A stretch of 64,000 bases of DNA from the human T2T-CHM13v2.0 reference genome, Homo sapiens: the NCBI RefSeq assembly GCF_009914755.1, contig NC_060930.1; one strand, given 5' to 3'. The translations under genes and the position numbers were made by a program. This document shows, in pieces, positions 60,132 to 64,000 of this stretch (positions are counted from its first letter, which is position 1; each line of letters begins with the position of its first letter). Under the pieces are notes generated by a model. It had not been told where the DNA came from and made no database searches. It was given only the letters and a program-made list of their open reading frames with translations.

Positions 60132-60879
60132 ATGCATAGTTTATTGTTATTATGGACAAATATATTGTGATATATGATTGTATATATTTCATTAGCATGT
60201 AAAAATGATCTCTATCTGATATAGACATCTGATAATAGAAAATGCGGAAGAGAGCATTAACACAAAATGAATACCAAATAAAAATCACTTAATGATTTAA
60301 GAGTAATACTACACATATTTAATATTTAAAAGTTACTCTTAAAGGTTAAAACTAGAGAAAAGTTAAAAGAATAAAACAATGAATTTCTGTATTTCCTTCA
60401 CCAAGATTCACCAGTTGCTAACAGTTTGGCGCATTTGCTTGATGTGTCATAGATTGTCCACATTCCATATCTGTTGGATTGTTTCCTTGTGATTAGATTC
60501 GGGTTTACGTTGTTGGTGGGAACCCACATAGATGAGGTGTGCTTCCTGTTGCTTACATCAGGAGGCACAGTGGTGCCAGTTGGCCCTAGTAAAAGTGATG
60601 CTAACTTGATTCACCTAGTTAAGTTGGCATCTGTGAAGGCTACTTTTGTATTAAGGCAGTGAACTTCGAAAGGAACTTTTCCCTGACTTTGGGAATTGCT
60701 GACAGCCATTTAGGAAAAGAGACGACTGTTTTCTCTGTCACGTGTAGCTGCAGTTAAGAAACATCCTAGTATAGTCAGACAAGCTCTGGAAGCCAGTATG
60801 TCAGGACCTGGGACCAAGCTCTACAGCCATCTCTCCCTGTGACCATAGCCAAGTCATTTCTGAGCTATGTGAGACTGTA

Positions 60880-60990
60880 CGTATAAGGAAATAGACACTC
60901 AGAGAAGTGAAGCAGTTTGCCCAAAGCTACTCAGCTAGTGAGTGACAGAGCTAGGATTCAAACCCATTTTTGTCTGGGGACAAAGCCCTG
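60880..60990 (-). mobile_element. MIR fragment
   Basis: AAGGAAATAGACACTCAGAGAAGTGAAGCAGTTTGCCCAAAGCTAC…CAGAGCTAGGATTCAAACCCA. Confidence 0.7.
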
Positions 60991-61136
60991 CCCTTGTCCT
61001 TATGCCAAGCTGCCTCCTTTGTGAGGCAGCTGGTTGTTATGATTGTGGCACTGACCACTCAGATGTTGTGCTCGGAACCAAGCAGAAGAGCACCAAGCCT
61101 TATAGGCCCTGACAGGTGAGAGGGAAGAGAGAGGTG

Positions 61137-61621
61137 CCTTCCTTCATCCATCTGGACTGCCCTTGGAATTCCTGGGCCAATTTGGGGAACCCTGGCACCA
61201 ACCCTAACATGGGCCAGTGCCAGCACCAGGTATATGCAGCCTGTACTTCCCAGTCTGGGCAGGCAAAGGCTGGAACCGCACCAGCAGCTCTCCTCTGTAA
61301 CGCAGCACGGAAGTATTTATTTCAAGGGTGGCTCAGAGAAGTGAAGCAGTTTGCCCAAAGCAAACTGGTTCCTCCCCTGCATGTGGCAGGCTGTCCTGCA
61401 AGCTGGGAGGCGGGCTGTTGGACGCTCCCCAGCCACCCTTGAAATAAATGCTTCCATGCTGTGTTGCAGAGGTGAGTTGCTGGCACCGTTCCAGCCTCCG
61501 CCTGCCCAGACTGGGAAGTACAGGCTGCACATACCTGGCACTGGCCCACTTTAGGGTTGATGCATGGGATCCCCAGATTGGCCCAGGAATTCCAAGGCCA
61601 GTCCAGATGGATGAAGGAAGG
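61137..61621. repeat. Inverted duplication of non-Alu sequence (61137-61333 / 61431-61621), about 90% identical, 97-bp loop
   Basis: Manual alignment gives about 20 substitutions plus one 6-bp indel. ORFs 61116(+) and 61322(-) share PSFIHLD-PWNSWANLG…CTSQSGQA. Confidence 0.93.
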
Positions 61622-63565
61622 TATTGCCTCAGCCTGCCTGGGTTCCTCGGGGGAGAGAGGGAGACAGGAAGCATTAATGGGGGAAAGGTGTGCCAAGCCT
61701 TGCCAAGCAGGTCATTGTGGGTGGGGAGACACCGCCTACGTGCTCGGGACGCCCCAGGATTTGGGTGGAGGTTCTTGAGGAGGCAGCGAGAAAGGAGAGC
61801 TGTGACAGCGACTCTGGAGCACTCTAGAATGGCTCTTAGTGACCTTCTGCTCTGGTGACCCACCAGCAGCCCACCAACCTGTCATCTTCCAGTTAGCAGC
61901 CATCCCCAGGGCCAGTAGCACCTGAGCACTTGGTAAGTAGAAAGACCCAGTGTCTGCTCCTCATGTTACCCTGGTGTCCTTCCCCAGAGCAGTTGTTTTG
62001 GGAAAAACTGGCTCCGGCTGAAGCAGGAAATGGTGCTCCTTGTCAAGGTCATGTTGTCCTGTTGCTATAGAACTGAGAGACCCTGAGGATCAGCCCTCTG
62101 AGGTTCCTGTTACCTCTCTTTACACTATTCATCCTCATAGGCCTCCAGGAAGGGGGCCAAATTCAGGGCCAGGACCAGGGCCAGTGGCTTGGTGAGGCAT
62201 AGGCTTTGCTGTATGGGCCCTGTGGGGAGCTCTGGGGAGTTCTTATTCCCCTGGCTCATGGCCACCATCATGGAGAGACCCCCAGGGCTCTGGCAGCCAA
62301 GTGGGCAGGAGCGGAGGGAGGGGGCATCTTGGGAGGGAGAGCCCCGAAAGGAAACAGGGTTTATAGACAGACTCCCGGTCATCACTGCTTGTAATGCTTG
62401 CTCAGTGAACAGTGGCAGTGCTTTTCCTGACTCTTTCAAGAGAGTCCCTTCTCTCTCCTGCTAGGTGGGCTGAGATCCAGACTGGTTAGAAGCCTAACAT
62501 GACCTGGCGTGTGAGACCTTGCACTCTCTGAATGTATTCCCCAAGTGTCATCAATAAGTCACTCCGGTTCTGGCATTTCCCTATCTTATCCTGCATACCC
62601 CTCCTCCTGGCTCTGAGTCCTGAGGAGTGAGATTGCAGTTTTTGACCCATGTTCTTACTGAGAAGTGGGCTGTCATGCAGGTATAATATAAAATCCAGAA
62701 GCTGCTGTCAGAATTATGTGAGAATTGGGAGGTGACAGCATGGGCCAATTTTCTGAATCTCTAGGGTGCTTTGATGCTTAAGAAGTCTTTCTGGGCTCCC
62801 TGAGATTTGAAACCTCTTGTTTTATCTGTCCTTTCACTCTGGTTCTTCCTTTCCTTTCTTGGGGACTTCATGCTTCTCAAATATTTGTTAAGTGGGTGCT
62901 TATATGGGACCTTAGAAAGCAACCAGCTAGGCATGCACTTGGAAAGGGACAGGAGGACTGAGAACAAGACTAAACATTTCTGTGAGATTGAGCAGCAGGA
63001 GAGCTTTGCTTCTTTACTGGTGTCAGTATGTGCCTGCAGCTCCTGGGCTGCCTTTACTCGAGTGAGATCCATTTACAAGACTCCTGACTCTTCTACTCCA
63101 CTTTATTACAAAAGATGTTGATGCTCGTTTTAAAAACAATTTAAACTACAAACATGAATAAAGGTATTTATCTCCCCACCAGTCCCCCTCATTCTCCCTT
63201 CCCTCCTGTTCTTAGACTGGTTTCCCCTCCCAGTAGTTTAGGTTGTGGGGCAAGTGTGTGTAGCTCTGCATCAGTGTCTTAAACAAAATGAGTGTGTCGC
63301 GGATGCGCAGCTCGGCCACTTCCTGTTTTCTTCGGCTGTATGTCACGGCCATCCTGCCATGGCACCATGTCTGTGCCACCTGCTGCTCTTGGGCATCTGC
63401 AGAGAATTCCATGACATGGATCTTGAGGTAGTCTTCTTCAGCTTTTTCTACTTCATCTTATTTTCTACAATCATTTATATCTGCTTGTAAAACCTTTTTT
63501 TAAAAAACTTGCTTACTAGACACAGCACATGTTCATTTTAGAAAATGTAGAAAAATCAGATAAGC

Positions 63566-63877
63566 AGCCGGGCATGATGACTCATGCCTGTAATCTCAGC
63601 ACTTTGGGAGGCCAAGGCAGGCAGATCACCTGAGGTCAGGAGTTCGAGACCAGCCTGGCCAACATGGTGAAACCCCATCTCTACTAAAAATACAAAAATT
63701 ATCTGGGTGTGGTGGTGCGTACCTGTAGTCTCAGTTACCTGGGAGGCTGAGGTGGGAGAATCACTTGAACCCAGGAGGTGGAGGTTCCAGTGAGCCGAGA
63801 TCATGCCACTGTACTCCAACCTACGTGACAGAGTGAGACCCTGTCTCCCCGCCCCCCCCACCAAAAAAAAAAAAAAT
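63566..63877 (+). mobile_element. AluS with C-rich insert before the A-tail
   Basis: TSD AAAAATCAGATAAGCA. Confidence 0.93.
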
Positions 63878-64000
63878 CAGATAAGCAATAAAAAAAGTAG
63901 AAATGACCCCTAAGAGGTAACATTTTGGTGTGTATAATACAAATGTCTTTTACATTTGCTCCCTCATCTCAGCATTGCCACTGCCATTAAAGAAGGCACA

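Overview
Human (primate) genomic DNA. I recognise it from memory as the 5' end of PPARD (chr6p21.3), + strand. It holds the CpG-island promoter (~11.4-12.0 kb), non-coding exon 1 (11640-11763), non-coding exon 2 (16149-16232) and about 48 kb of intron 2; no PPARD coding exon is in the window. The rest is mostly transposon-derived: about 45 Alu pieces, a rearranged near-full-length L1PA5/6-like element, two SVAs, and LTR, DNA, MIR and L2 relics. Almost all ORF-track entries are Alu, SVA or L1 read-throughs. The most notable structures are: (1) an L1 inserted into an Alu linker whose 3' half was later inverted, leaving 553-bp inverted repeats that are 551/553 identical; (2) a prematurely polyadenylated SVA_F-like element 1.55 kb upstream of the TSS; (3) a sense intronic SVA with clustered A>G changes and exon-trapping potential; (4) a non-Alu ~195-bp inverted duplication with a 30-bp templated insert at 61.1-61.6 kb. 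I found no evidence of a new protein-coding system. Repeat subfamily names come from remembered consensus sequences, not from a search.
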